The notes below the pieces were generated by a model. The model saw nothing but the letters and a program-made list of their open reading frames with translations. It was not told the DNA's origin and made no database searches. Of a DNA stretch of 64,000 nucleotides, positions 10,342 to 19,173 are shown piece by piece. This stretch comes from an uncultured cyanobacterium (GTDB taxonomy: Bacteria > Cyanobacteriota > Cyanobacteriia > PCC-6307 > Cyanobiaceae). The stretch covers positions 96,001-160,000 of the forward strand of contig CAVXWZ010000005.1 of the NCBI GenBank assembly GCA_963765575.1, written 5' to 3'. How positions within the stretch are numbered: position 1 is the stretch's first letter; every line of letters starts with the position of its first letter. Position numbers and translations under genes: made by a program.

Positions 10342-11046
10342 TCAGCTGAGTTGCTGCCAGAGCCAGGCCACCCCCAGCGGCACGCTGAGGTTGTCGATGC
10401 CGCCGATGCCCACCTGCTCCAGCGCGGTGGCGGCGGCGGCGATGCTCACCAGGGTGGGCCAGGAAGGTGCTCCCGTCTCCACACCCAGCCCCATCAGCAC
10501 CAGGCGCAGCAGCACCAGCACCAGCAGGCTGGAGCCGCCCATCACGGCCGTGCCCAGCAGCGAGCGGCGCTGGCCCAGCACCCGCCAGCTGGGACTCTCC
10601 AGCAGCGGCCCCACCAAGCCGGCCAGGCCGTCGCCAACGGCCATCACCAGCACTCCGGCGCAGACGGGGGCTGGCTGCAGCGGCCAGTACTGCCACAGCA
10701 ACAGCGTGATCGAGGCGCCATAGGCCACGGTGCCGTAGCTGGCGCGGCCCACGTCCTCCACCGCCGGCAGCAGCCGCAGCCTGTGGTTCAGGGCCGCCAC
10801 CACGGTGATGGCAGCGGCGGCCGGCACGGCGATCAGGCGATCGATGCCCACCATCCAGGCCAACGGCACCACGGCGCCGCTGCCGATGTGCACCAGCTTG
10901 CGACTCCATTCCCGTTGGGACGGGCTGGACGATCCGTCCCAGCGCCGGCGCAGCGCCACCGCCAGGGCCGCCAGCAGGGCGAGCCAGCAGGCGATCACGG
11001 CCACCGCCAGAGCCTGCTGGGGCCAGTTCAGCCCGGGCCAGGTCAA
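10342..11046 (-). CDS. Phytol/dolichol kinase family (CTP-dependent) membrane protein
   Basis: SRKLVHIG, GDGLAGLVG, DNLSVPL motifs. Confidence 0.88.
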   Translation of the reverse strand: MTWPGLNWPQQALAVAVIACWLALLAALAVALRRRWDGSSSPSQREWSRKLVHIGSGAVVPLAWMVGIDRLIAVPAAAAITVVAALNHRLRLLPAVEDVGRASYGTVAYGASITLLLWQYWPLQPAPVCAGVLVMAVGDGLAGLVGPLLESPSWRVLGQRRSLLGTAVMGGSSLLVLVLLRLVLMGLGVETGAPSWPTLVSIAAAATALEQVGIGGIDNLSVPLGVAWLWQQLS

Positions 11047-11065
11047 CGCTGCAACCAGGTGACGT

Positions 11066-12100
11066 TCAGGCCGCTTTGTGCACGTTACTGAGCAGCCTCA
11101 GCTTCATGATCGCCTTGGCCTCCAGCTGCCGTACCCGTTCCCGGGAGACATGGATCAGCCGTCCGATCTCGGCCAGGGTGAGCGGTTCGCTGCCCTCCAG
11201 GCCGAAGCGCAGCCTGATGATCGTCTGCTCGCGCTCATTGAGCTGGGACAGCCACGTCCCCAGGTGCTCCTTCTGCAGATGGCGATCCATCGCGTCGAAG
11301 TGCTGATTGCTGGCGGGATCGGCAATCAGCTCGCCCAGGGTGCTGCGGTCCTCTTCGCCGCGGGCGTGGGCGTCGAGGGAGGTGCAGGGGGCGCTCTGGG
11401 TGATCAGGTCATCCAGTTCCTCCGGTTTCATGCCCAGGGCATGGGCCAGTTCCAGGCGGTTGGGCTGGCGGCCGAGGCGGTGGGAGAGTTCCCGGCTCAC
11501 GCGCCGCATCTTCGAGAGCTTCTCGCTCACGTGGATCGGCAGGCGGATGGTGCGGGCGCTGTTGTCGATCGCCCGGGTCATGCCCTGGCGAATCCACCAG
11601 TAGGCATAGGTGGAAAACTTGTAGCCCATGGCCGGATCAAACTTGTCGACCGCCCGCTCCAGGCCGATGGCCCCTTCCTGAACCAGATCCAACAGTTCCA
11701 GGCCCTGATGTTGGTATTTCTTGGCCACGCTCACCACCAGCCGCAGGTTGGCGGACATCATCCGCTCGCGGGCCCGCCGGGCCATGCGCAGCTGTCGCTG
11801 CTGCTGGGGTTTGAGCTGTTCGGCCGGCAGTTCCTGCAGCCGCTTGCCGGCCTGAACATGGTGGGCCAGCTCGATTTCCTCGGCCGGGGTGAGCAGCGGC
11901 ACGCGGCCGATGTTGCTCAGATACCAGCCGATCGAGTCGGCGTTGATGCGGGTGGTGGGCCGGGAGGCGCTGCGGGCTCGACTGGAGCTTGATCGAGCCG
12001 TGGTCGAACTGCCGGTTTTTGATCTGGCTGTCTTGGATGGCTTCATAACGTCACTGGAAGCAACGTCGGAAGCGGATTGCGAAGGCGTCCCCACACCCAT
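11066..12100 (-). CDS. Group 2 sigma-70 factor (RpoD/SigA family)
   Basis: ANLRLVVSVAKKY, KFSTYAYWWIRQ, SRERVRQLE; short N-terminus. Confidence 0.95.
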   Translation of the reverse strand: MGVGTPSQSASDVASSDVMKPSKTARSKTGSSTTARSSSSRARSASRPTTRINADSIGWYLSNIGRVPLLTPAEEIELAHHVQAGKRLQELPAEQLKPQQQRQLRMARRARERMMSANLRLVVSVAKKYQHQGLELLDLVQEGAIGLERAVDKFDPAMGYKFSTYAYWWIRQGMTRAIDNSARTIRLPIHVSEKLSKMRRVSRELSHRLGRQPNRLELAHALGMKPEELDDLITQSAPCTSLDAHARGEEDRSTLGELIADPASNQHFDAMDRHLQKEHLGTWLSQLNEREQTIIRLRFGLEGSEPLTLAEIGRLIHVSRERVRQLEAKAIMKLRLLSNVHKAA

Positions 12101-12322
12101 GCCCTCCGAAATTAATTGTGCGCGGAATGTAGCACCAGGGTGATCGGTTCAGAGGCTTGATCTTGACGATTTTCTGGATTGGAGATGCGCTGTGATGATC
12201 TTCGCCATCAACAACGTCAATCTGGTGTCAACTGATGCCAAGAGTCCAAGGGTGGGGGCTTTTGTGGCGAAAGCCACAAACCCGCAGCGCCAACGCCCGG
12301 CAGCCATCCCGAGCAACAGCCA

Positions 12323-12378
12323 TGACCAAGCAACTGGTTGACCAGGTCTCGGGTTGACCAAGTCTTGGGTTGACCAAG
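12323..12378. repeat. Four-copy 16-bp-period array with core TGACCA(A/G)G
   Basis: tgacca at 12323, 12339, 12355, 12371; three copies read GGTTGACCA. Confidence 0.8.
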
Positions 12379-12422
12379 AAGTCCATGGGACTTGATCGTG
12401 CAGCCCTGGTGTTGTAGCCCGT

Positions 12423-14561
12423 TTAGCCCGCCACTGGCAGCCCGCCCCGCCAGCGCTCCATCAGCTCCTGCTGCACCAGCTGTTGCTCCCCCCCGTGCTG
12501 GGGCTGGCTGAAGCGGCCGTCCGCGCCCATGTGCCAGGCCCCGGTGTCGCTGAAGTACACATCCAGAAGGCTCTCGAGCTGCTGACGCAGCACCGGATCA
12601 TCCACCGGCGCCACGGCCTCCACCCGGCGGTCGAGGTTGCGCGGCATCCAGTCAGCGCTGCCCAGGAAGATCTCCGGCTCACCGCCGTTGGCGAACCAGA
12701 ACAGCCGCGAATGCTCCAGGAAACGGCCGATCACGCTGACCACGCGGATGTGGTCGCTGATGCCCTCCACCCCCGGCCGCAGGCAGCACATGCCACGCAC
12801 CACCAGATCGATCTGCACTCCGGCCTGGGAGGCCTGGTAGAGCAGGGCGATGATCGCCGGATCCACCAGGGCATTCATCTTCGCCCGGATCTGGCCGCCG
12901 CGACCCGCCTCGGCATGGCTGATCTCCCGGCGGATGAGATCCTCCATGCCCTTGCGCAGGGTGACCGGAGCCACCAGCAGACGCCGGAAGCTCTGCTGTT
13001 TGGAGAAGCCGGTGAGGTAGTTGAACAGCTCCACCAGGTCGGCGCCGAATTCGGGGCGGGCGGTGAGCAGACCGATGTCGGTGTAGAGGCTGGAGGTCTT
13101 GGAGTTGTAGTTGCCCGTGCCGATGTGCACATAGCTGTTGAGACCCTTTTTTTCGCGCCGAACCACCAGCAGGATCTTGGTGTGGGTCTTGAGACCGATC
13201 ACCCCGTAGACCACATGCACGCCGGAGCTTTCCAGCTGCCGGGCCCATTGGATGTTGTTGTCCTCATCGAAGCGGGCCTTGAGTTCCACCAGGGCCATCA
13301 CCTGTTTGCCGTTCTCGGCCGCCCGGATCAGGGCCGCGACCACCGGTGAATCCTTGGAGGTGCGGTAGAGGGTCATCTTGATGGCCAGCACCGAGGGGTC
13401 GTCGGCGGCCTGGTTGAGAAACTCCTCCACCGAAGCGGCGAAGTGGTCGTAGGGGTGGTGCAGCAGCACATCCCCGCGCCGCAGCACCGAGAAGATGCTC
13501 TCGAATTCCTCCTCCTTGATTGAGCCGTCCTGCAGCTGGCTTTTCTGGGTGCGGGCCAGGGCAGGTGGGGTGCGGCCCTTGAAGGACGGGTCCTTGAGCT
13601 GGGGCAGGGGGACGGCCAGCAGGCCCATGAGGTCGTCAAGGCCGAGGGGGCCGTTGACGCGGTAGACGTCCTCAACTTCCACATTGGCGCCCTCCATCAG
13701 CTGGTGCAGCACCGCTTCAGGCATCTCGTCGGTCACCTCCAGACGCACCACTTCGCCACCACGGCGGCGCTTGCGCAGGCCCGCTTCCAGGGCCTCCATG
13801 AGGTCGTCGGCCTCGAGATCACGCAGTTCCAGGTCGGCGTCGCGGGTGACGCGGAAGAAGTAGTGACCCTCCACGCTCATGCCCGGGAACAGCAGGCCGA
13901 GGTTGAAGGCCACCACCTGCTCCAGGGGTACCGCCGTGAACACGGGCACCGGACTCCTGCCGCCCAGGGCCTTGGGGATGGGCACGAAGCGGGGCAGGAT
14001 CTTCTGGGGAACCTTCACCCGGGCGAACTGCTGCCGGCCGCTCTCGGGGTCGCGCACCAGCACCGCCACATTGAGGCTGAGGTTGCTGATGTAGGGGAAG
14101 GGGTGGGAGGGATCCACCGCCAGCGGCGTGAGCACCGGGAAGACGGCGTTGCGGAAGTAGTCGTCCAGCCACTGGCGCTGCTCCTGGTGGAGGTTGGCGT
14201 AGTCGATCAGGTGAACGCCATGCTCGGCCAGCTGGCCCTTGAGCGAATGGCGGTAGTGCTGTTGCTGCAGATCCAGCAGGGGCCTCAGCTTCTCCTGGAT
14301 CGCCTCCAGTTGCTGCAGGGGGGCGAGGCCGTCGTCGCTGAGGGCGGAGACACCGGCCTCCAGCTGGCTCTTGAGGGAGGCCACCCTCACCATGAAAAAT
14401 TCGTCGAGGTTGTTGCTGAAGATGGCGCTGAACTTCGCCTGCTCCAGCAGCGGGGTGTGCTCGTCGAGGGCCTGGGCCAGCACCCGGTAGTTGAAGTCGA
14501 TCCAGCTGAGCTCCCGGTTGATGTAGAGCTCGGGGGAGACCTTGGGTGCGGCTTTGCTCAT
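12423..14561 (-). CDS. ppk1: Polyphosphate kinase 1
   Basis: NRELSW, NLDEFFMVRV, ELKARFDE, KTHTK, GTGNYN, SADWMPRN. Confidence 0.98.
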   Translation of the reverse strand: MSKAAPKVSPELYINRELSWIDFNYRVLAQALDEHTPLLEQAKFSAIFSNNLDEFFMVRVASLKSQLEAGVSALSDDGLAPLQQLEAIQEKLRPLLDLQQQHYRHSLKGQLAEHGVHLIDYANLHQEQRQWLDDYFRNAVFPVLTPLAVDPSHPFPYISNLSLNVAVLVRDPESGRQQFARVKVPQKILPRFVPIPKALGGRSPVPVFTAVPLEQVVAFNLGLLFPGMSVEGHYFFRVTRDADLELRDLEADDLMEALEAGLRKRRRGGEVVRLEVTDEMPEAVLHQLMEGANVEVEDVYRVNGPLGLDDLMGLLAVPLPQLKDPSFKGRTPPALARTQKSQLQDGSIKEEEFESIFSVLRRGDVLLHHPYDHFAASVEEFLNQAADDPSVLAIKMTLYRTSKDSPVVAALIRAAENGKQVMALVELKARFDEDNNIQWARQLESSGVHVVYGVIGLKTHTKILLVVRREKKGLNSYVHIGTGNYNSKTSSLYTDIGLLTARPEFGADLVELFNYLTGFSKQQSFRRLLVAPVTLRKGMEDLIRREISHAEAGRGGQIRAKMNALVDPAIIALLYQASQAGVQIDLVVRGMCCLRPGVEGISDHIRVVSVIGRFLEHSRLFWFANGGEPEIFLGSADWMPRNLDRRVEAVAPVDDPVLRQQLESLLDVYFSDTGAWHMGADGRFSQPQHGGEQQLVQQELMERWRGGLPVAG

Positions 14562-14633
14562 TGTTGAACCGTAGCAATCACAGGGGAACTCCCCTGTGCC
14601 GGGTTTGCTTGACGCCCCCTGGGCAGCCTGCCT

Positions 14634-15896
14634 TCAGGTGCCGGCATTCATGCGCCGGGCACCGCCTGCCACCACCGCGGCCACGCCCAGCAGCAGGCTG
14701 AGGCCAAGCCAGAAGGGACTGGTGCGGCCGAGGGTCTCGTAGGCCAGCCCCGCCAGGGCGGGGCCGATGAAACTGCCCAGGCTCTGCAACCCCTGCAGGC
14801 TGCCCAGGGCGGCCCCCTGGCCGCTGTCGTCGAGGCGGCGCGACACCTGGGCGCGCAGGCAGGGGGTGACCAGGCCGGTACCCAGGGCCAGGATCGCCAC
14901 CGCTGGAAACACCACGCTGCGGGAATTTTCGGCCGTGGCCAGGAGGATCAGGCTGCAGCCGCTGATCACGAAGCCGATGCCCGCCAGGGTGAGACGCCAC
15001 TCCCCGAAGCGTGCCACCAGCGGACCGATCAGGCCCCCCTGCACCAGCGTGGCCACCACCCCCACGACCACGAAGGCGGCCCCGGCCAGCCCCGGCCCCC
15101 ACCCGAACTCCTGTTTGAAGTAGAGGATCAGCACGGCAGCGAAGCCGTTGAAGGCGAGGAAGAAGAGAAAGAAGGCCGCGCACAGACGCCGCACCTGGGG
15201 ATTGGCAAACACCCGGGACAGCTGGGTGAAGGGCTGCAGTTCGCGCTTGCGGGGCAGTGGGATGCGGGACTCGATCGGGTGGGTTTCCGGCAGCAGGGTG
15301 ATCACCAGCACCAGATTGAGCACCGCGATGGCCACCGCCACCAGCATCGGCAGGTTCACGTTCAGCTGCCCCAGCAGACCGCCGAGGGCGGGGCCGAGGA
15401 TGAAGCCGAGCCCGAAGGCCACACCGATCAGGCCGAAGGCCTTCGCCCGCTGCTGCGGTGGCGACACGTCGGCCAGCACGGCGCCGGCGGTGGCGGCCGT
15501 GCCGCCGCTGACGCCGTCGATCAGCCGGGCGACGAACAGCAGGGCCAGGGGCAGGCTGGAGCCGGCGGCCCAGGGCAGGCGTTGCCAGTCGGTGGCGATC
15601 GTGAGCGCGAACAGCCCCAGACCCACGACCGAGCCGGCCACGCACAGGGCGATCACCGGCCGGCGTCCGTAGCGATCACTGAGGGCGCCGATCAAGGGGG
15701 TGGCGGCGAACTGGGCGAAGGCATAGCTGCCGGTGAGCAGGCCCAGCACACGCCCGTCGCCGGTGAAGCCAGCCAACAGGAACGGCAGCAGCGGAAAAAT
15801 CAGCGTTTCGCTCAAGCGGTCGTTGAGCAGGGTGAAAAAGGCGCAGAGGAAGGCCGCGCGGCGACGGGCCGGGCTGATCTGGGGCTGCACGGTCAA
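14634..15896 (-). CDS. MFS transporter, TetA/DHA1-like
   Basis: Motif A GALSDRYGRRPV, GFILGPALGG; TTG/GTG start overlapping upstream stop. Confidence 0.9.
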   Translation of the reverse strand: MTVQPQISPARRRAAFLCAFFTLLNDRLSETLIFPLLPFLLAGFTGDGRVLGLLTGSYAFAQFAATPLIGALSDRYGRRPVIALCVAGSVVGLGLFALTIATDWQRLPWAAGSSLPLALLFVARLIDGVSGGTAATAGAVLADVSPPQQRAKAFGLIGVAFGLGFILGPALGGLLGQLNVNLPMLVAVAIAVLNLVLVITLLPETHPIESRIPLPRKRELQPFTQLSRVFANPQVRRLCAAFFLFFLAFNGFAAVLILYFKQEFGWGPGLAGAAFVVVGVVATLVQGGLIGPLVARFGEWRLTLAGIGFVISGCSLILLATAENSRSVVFPAVAILALGTGLVTPCLRAQVSRRLDDSGQGAALGSLQGLQSLGSFIGPALAGLAYETLGRTSPFWLGLSLLLGVAAVVAGGARRMNAGT

Positions 15897-16861
15897 TGGG
15901 CCACCAGCACGCGGTGGCGGTGGTCGGAGGCGACGCAACGGATGTGGCTGAAGCCCGCCTGGCGCAGGGCGGCCTCCATATCGAGGGCGAAATAGTCGCC
16001 CAGGTAGGGCTCGGTGCTCTTGAGCAGGGTGGCCAGGGGGGCCGGCATGGCGCGGATGCTGGGCGAGCGGGGATCCTGGTCGACCATGGCCAGCACCCCA
16101 CCGGGACGCAGCAGCCTGGCGGCCTCCTGGAGCACGGCGATGGTGGCTCCGGCCGGCAGCTCGTGGCACACGAACTGCAGGGTGATCAGGTCCACACTGG
16201 CGTCCGCCAGGCCGCTGGCCTCGGCCGCGGCATGGTGCCAGCTGGCGATACGGCCCTGGCGGTCGCGCACCCTGGCCACCGCCAGCATGTGGGGGGAGAG
16301 GTCGAGGCCGCTGACGCGCACGGGATGGCCCTGGTGGGCCTCGATCCAGTCCTTGAGCAGCAGGGTGCTGATGCCCACCGAGCAGCCCAGATCGAGGGCC
16401 TCGTGCACCGGCCCCGTGAGGCTGGGCTCGATCGCCGCGAAGATGGCGTCGCGCATGCGGGCCTGGGCAGCCTCGGGGCTCAGCGGCTCCTCCTTCCACA
16501 CCCGCAGCGCCACCGAGGCCGTGGCCTGCTCCGCCTCGCAGGCCGCCTGCCAGCAGAGGTTGCCCTCGTCGTAGGCGTGGAAGCGGGCCCGGTAGTAGGC
16601 CGGGGTGGTGGTGAGCGGATTGATGCAGGCAGCCAGCAGCGGTTCGGCCCGGCGCTGCAGTTCATCGCGGCGGGCCCGCCAGGGGATGCCCCGCTGCTCG
16701 GCCGTGCGGATCATCATCCGCCGCGCCTGCTGGAACAGCAGCTGGCGCAGGGGCTCCACCGCCAGCACGGCGGCGATCAGCCGTCCCAGGGGGCTGGCAT
16801 CGTTGGCCCAGTTGGGCGGGGCGGCGACGGTGGCTGCGGGCGGGGTGCCGGCGGCGGGCAT
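15893..16861 (-). CDS. Class I SAM-dependent methyltransferase
   Basis: LDLGCSVG, GLDLSPHML, LLRPGG; the N-terminal extension to 17275 in the ORF track is not part of the gene. Confidence 0.9.
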   Translation of the reverse strand: MPAAGTPPAATVAAPPNWANDASPLGRLIAAVLAVEPLRQLLFQQARRMMIRTAEQRGIPWRARRDELQRRAEPLLAACINPLTTTPAYYRARFHAYDEGNLCWQAACEAEQATASVALRVWKEEPLSPEAAQARMRDAIFAAIEPSLTGPVHEALDLGCSVGISTLLLKDWIEAHQGHPVRVSGLDLSPHMLAVARVRDRQGRIASWHHAAAEASGLADASVDLITLQFVCHELPAGATIAVLQEAARLLRPGGVLAMVDQDPRSPSIRAMPAPLATLLKSTEPYLGDYFALDMEAALRQAGFSHIRCVASDHRHRVLVAH

Positions 16862-16924
16862 GGGGTGGCGCTGACTGGGGGAGCAGGGGGCATCATCGCG
16901 CCGCCGCCCAGGGCCTGAGGGCTG

Positions 16925-17005
16925 CAGGCTGAGGCCGAAGGGCTGATCGCCATGGCGCCGCAGACCCTGGCGCTGGTGCTCGCCAGGGAGGCCCCGAAGG
17001 GTGAT
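16925..17005 (+). pseudogene. moaC: moaC fragment (cyclic pyranopterin monophosphate synthase)
   Basis: QAEAEGLIAMAPQTLALVLAREAPKGD resembles MoaC segment A.AEG.I.M...TL......KGD. Confidence 0.7.
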
Positions 17006-17008
17006 GGG

Positions 17009-17075
17009 CTCGGTTCTCTCGCCGGAGCCGATCTGCTCCCGGGGAGCGCGGCCGCGCCGGGGCCGCTGGAGGCCG
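17009..17075 (+). pseudogene. moeA: moeA C-terminal fragment, fused in frame to the moaC piece
   Basis: LGSLAGADLL...GPLEA resembles MoeA C-terminus (GSL..AD.LL.......L.AG). Confidence 0.55.
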
Positions 17076-17165
17076 CCGCCATCGGCCAGCCACGCCCGAT
17101 TCCAGAAGGGCGCCCGGGGGACGCGTAACAGGTTGTGCCAGGTCTCCAGAGCCTGCAGCGGCTGG
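17071..17165 (-). pseudogene. moaE: moaE fragments (molybdopterin synthase large subunit), internal deletion
   Basis: QPLQALETWH (cf. L.ALELEHY) joined to APFWNRAWLADGGG (cf. APFWKRE/KE...DG). Confidence 0.7.
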
Positions 17166-17178
17166 GAGGGCCCTGGTC

Positions 17179-17232
17179 CCAGCCGGACCGCTCGGGCAGG
17201 GCGGCGCACAGCAGCACGCGCAGCTCCGGGGT
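17179..17232 (-). pseudogene. moaD: moaD N-terminal fragment
   Basis: LRVLLCAALPERSGW resembles MoaD N-terminus V.VL.FA.LRE.AG; C-terminal GG part absent. Confidence 0.65.
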
Positions 17233-17299
17233 GTGGCCCGTGGCCCGTGGCGGCAGGGGTGGCGGTGGCCTCCACAATGGCTGCAGCGTCCGCGAAGCG

Positions 17300-17447
17300 G
17301 TGGCAGTGGCGGTGGCGTTGCTCACGGTGTCGGACAGGCGCACCCGGGCCATCGCGGGGTTGGGCGAGCTGTCCCTGCTGCTGTCGTTCGAGACGGTCGG
17401 CACGAGCAGTCTGCGGAGCCGCGGCTGCCGCGGCTGGGAGAGCCTGT
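17300..17447 (+). pseudogene. moaB: moaB/mog fragments, large internal deletion
   Basis: VAVALLTVSDRRT joined directly to IAGLGELSLLLSFETVGTSSLRSR (cf. I.GFGELFR.LS...IGTS..QSR); central TGGTG motif missing. Confidence 0.8.
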
Positions 17448-17508
17448 GGATCAGCCGGCGGGACGGGGTTGATCCAGGGCCTCGTTTGCGGCTGGAGCCC
17501 GAGGGCCG

Positions 17509-18783
17509 ATGAACCCCGTCGTCTCGCTCACAACCATGGCCCTCTCCCTGCGCCGCAGACTTGCTGTGGTGCTGGTCGGCGTTGGGCTGGCCCTGGCCCT
17601 TGCGCTTCCCAGCCCCGCTCCTGCGCAGACTGAAACCCCGGGAAACGACCCGGTGCTGCATGTGTTCTGGAGCCTCGGCTGCCCGGTGTGCATCCGGCAG
17701 AAGCCGTGGATCGAGGAGCTGGAAGCACGCTTCCCCGGCCTGGAGGTGGAGCAGATGGAGTTGTCACAGACGCCGCGTTTTCGGGCGCGGTTTGAGGAGA
17801 TGGCCGCAGAGCGGGGCGTGAGCGCCAGCTATGTGCCCACGCTGATGCTCGGTCCGCGCGCCTGGGTGGGGGACACCCCCGCCCAGCGCGCCGAGATCGA
17901 GACGGCGATTGCGGCGCTGCTGGCGGGCCAGGACCCAGCGCCCGACGCGCGCGAAAGCCTCACCCTGCCCCTGCTGGGCGAGGTCGACCCTGCCGCCGCC
18001 TCGCTGCTGGGGCTCACCGCGCTGATCGCCGTGGTGGATGGCTTCAACCCCTGCTCACTCTGGGTGCTCACCCTGCTGCTGGGCATGGTCCTCGCCTCGG
18101 GGTCGCGTCAGCGGCTGGCCGTTGTGGGCATCACCTTTCTGCTCACCACCGCCCTGATCTACGGCGCGTTCATCGCCGGGCTGTTCAGCGTGCTGGCTTT
18201 TGCCTTTGCCCTGCCCTGGGTGCGCTGGATGGTGGCCCTGTTCGCGCTTGGCTTCGGGCTGGTGAACATCAAGGATTACGTCTGGTATGGGCGAGGGGTC
18301 AGCTTTTCGATTCCCGAGCGCGAGAAATCCGGCATCTATCAGCGCCTGCGCCGCCTGCGGCAGCAGCCGATGACCATGCCCGTGCTGATTGGCACCACCG
18401 TGGCCATGGCGGCGGGCATTTCGCTGGTTGAACTGCCCTGTACGGCGGGATTTCCCGTGCTCTGGTCGGGGATCCTGGCCGAGCGGGATGTGAGCCGGGC
18501 GGGGTTTGTGGCCCTGCTGGCGGTGTATGTGCTGATCTATCTGATCGACGAGTTGGCGATCTTTGCGATCGCCGTCACCACCATGAGCCTGGGGCGGATG
18601 GGCGAGCGCCATGGCCGGGCGCTGAAGCTGGTGGGTGGCACGGTGATGGTGGCCCTGGCCGGGGCGCTGGCGCTGCGGCCCGAGCTGATGGACGATCTGG
18701 GCGGGACGCTGGGGCTGTTCGGTTCAGCCCTCGCCCTGGCGGCGCTGATCCTGATCGCACAACGCCCCACGACAGCGGCCTGA
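17509..18783 (+). CDS. Signal peptide + thioredoxin/glutaredoxin-like domain fused to CcdA/DsbD-like membrane domain
   Basis: CPVC and VPT (cis-Pro) in N-domain; DGFNPC and ELPCTAG Cys motifs in multi-TM C-domain. Confidence 0.8.
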   Translation: MNPVVSLTTMALSLRRRLAVVLVGVGLALALALPSPAPAQTETPGNDPVLHVFWSLGCPVCIRQKPWIEELEARFPGLEVEQMELSQTPRFRARFEEMAAERGVSASYVPTLMLGPRAWVGDTPAQRAEIETAIAALLAGQDPAPDARESLTLPLLGEVDPAAASLLGLTALIAVVDGFNPCSLWVLTLLLGMVLASGSRQRLAVVGITFLLTTALIYGAFIAGLFSVLAFAFALPWVRWMVALFALGFGLVNIKDYVWYGRGVSFSIPEREKSGIYQRLRRLRQQPMTMPVLIGTTVAMAAGISLVELPCTAGFPVLWSGILAERDVSRAGFVALLAVYVLIYLIDELAIFAIAVTTMSLGRMGERHGRALKLVGGTVMVALAGALALRPELMDDLGGTLGLFGSALALAALILIAQRPTTAA

Positions 18784-18852
18784 GGGGCCCCTCACCCCTC
18801 CCCTCCTCCAGGCAGGACCCTGCCCGACCTGCCGAGGCGGTGGTGGCTGCGT

Positions 18853-19113
18853 GCGCATGTTTTTCGCGAGGACCGGAGCCGCGCGGAGCGGAGCACCCGC
18901 ATCGTGATGCTGTCACCGCGGTCACGATGGTTGCCGGGATCGTGGCCGGCAGCGTCTACGGCTCCACGGCCCTGCCAGCCATCGGCATCACGATCGTCGC
19001 CTACCGCTGAGAGCGCCGGCACGCCGCCGATCCGCGCTTCAGCTTCGGCACCGGCAAGGTGGGCGTTCCGGGCGGCTACACCAGCGCAGCAGCAGGCTCA
19101 CTACAAGGCCCTG
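18853..19113 (+). pseudogene. dmeF: Collapsed CDF-family Co/Ni efflux transporter (DmeF-like) remnant
   Basis: AHVFREDRSRAERSTRIVML / frameshift / TAVTMVAGIVAGSVYGSTAL / deletion / AIGITIVAYR*ERRHAADPRFSFGTGKVG..GGYTSA / HYKAL. Confidence 0.8.
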
Positions 19114-19173
19114 CCGCGGCGCCGGCTCACGCCCGCAAGCCCTGGCCGCATCGCGATCCGGCTCGGGGTGGCA

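Noticed and set aside
12323..12378. Repeat array as a mini-CRISPR
   Set aside because: 16-nt period, no unique spacers of CRISPR length, no cas genes.
16862..17275. 138-aa N-terminal extension of the methyltransferase ORF
   Set aside because: Chance read-through across the moaE/moeA/moaC remnants, not a real domain.
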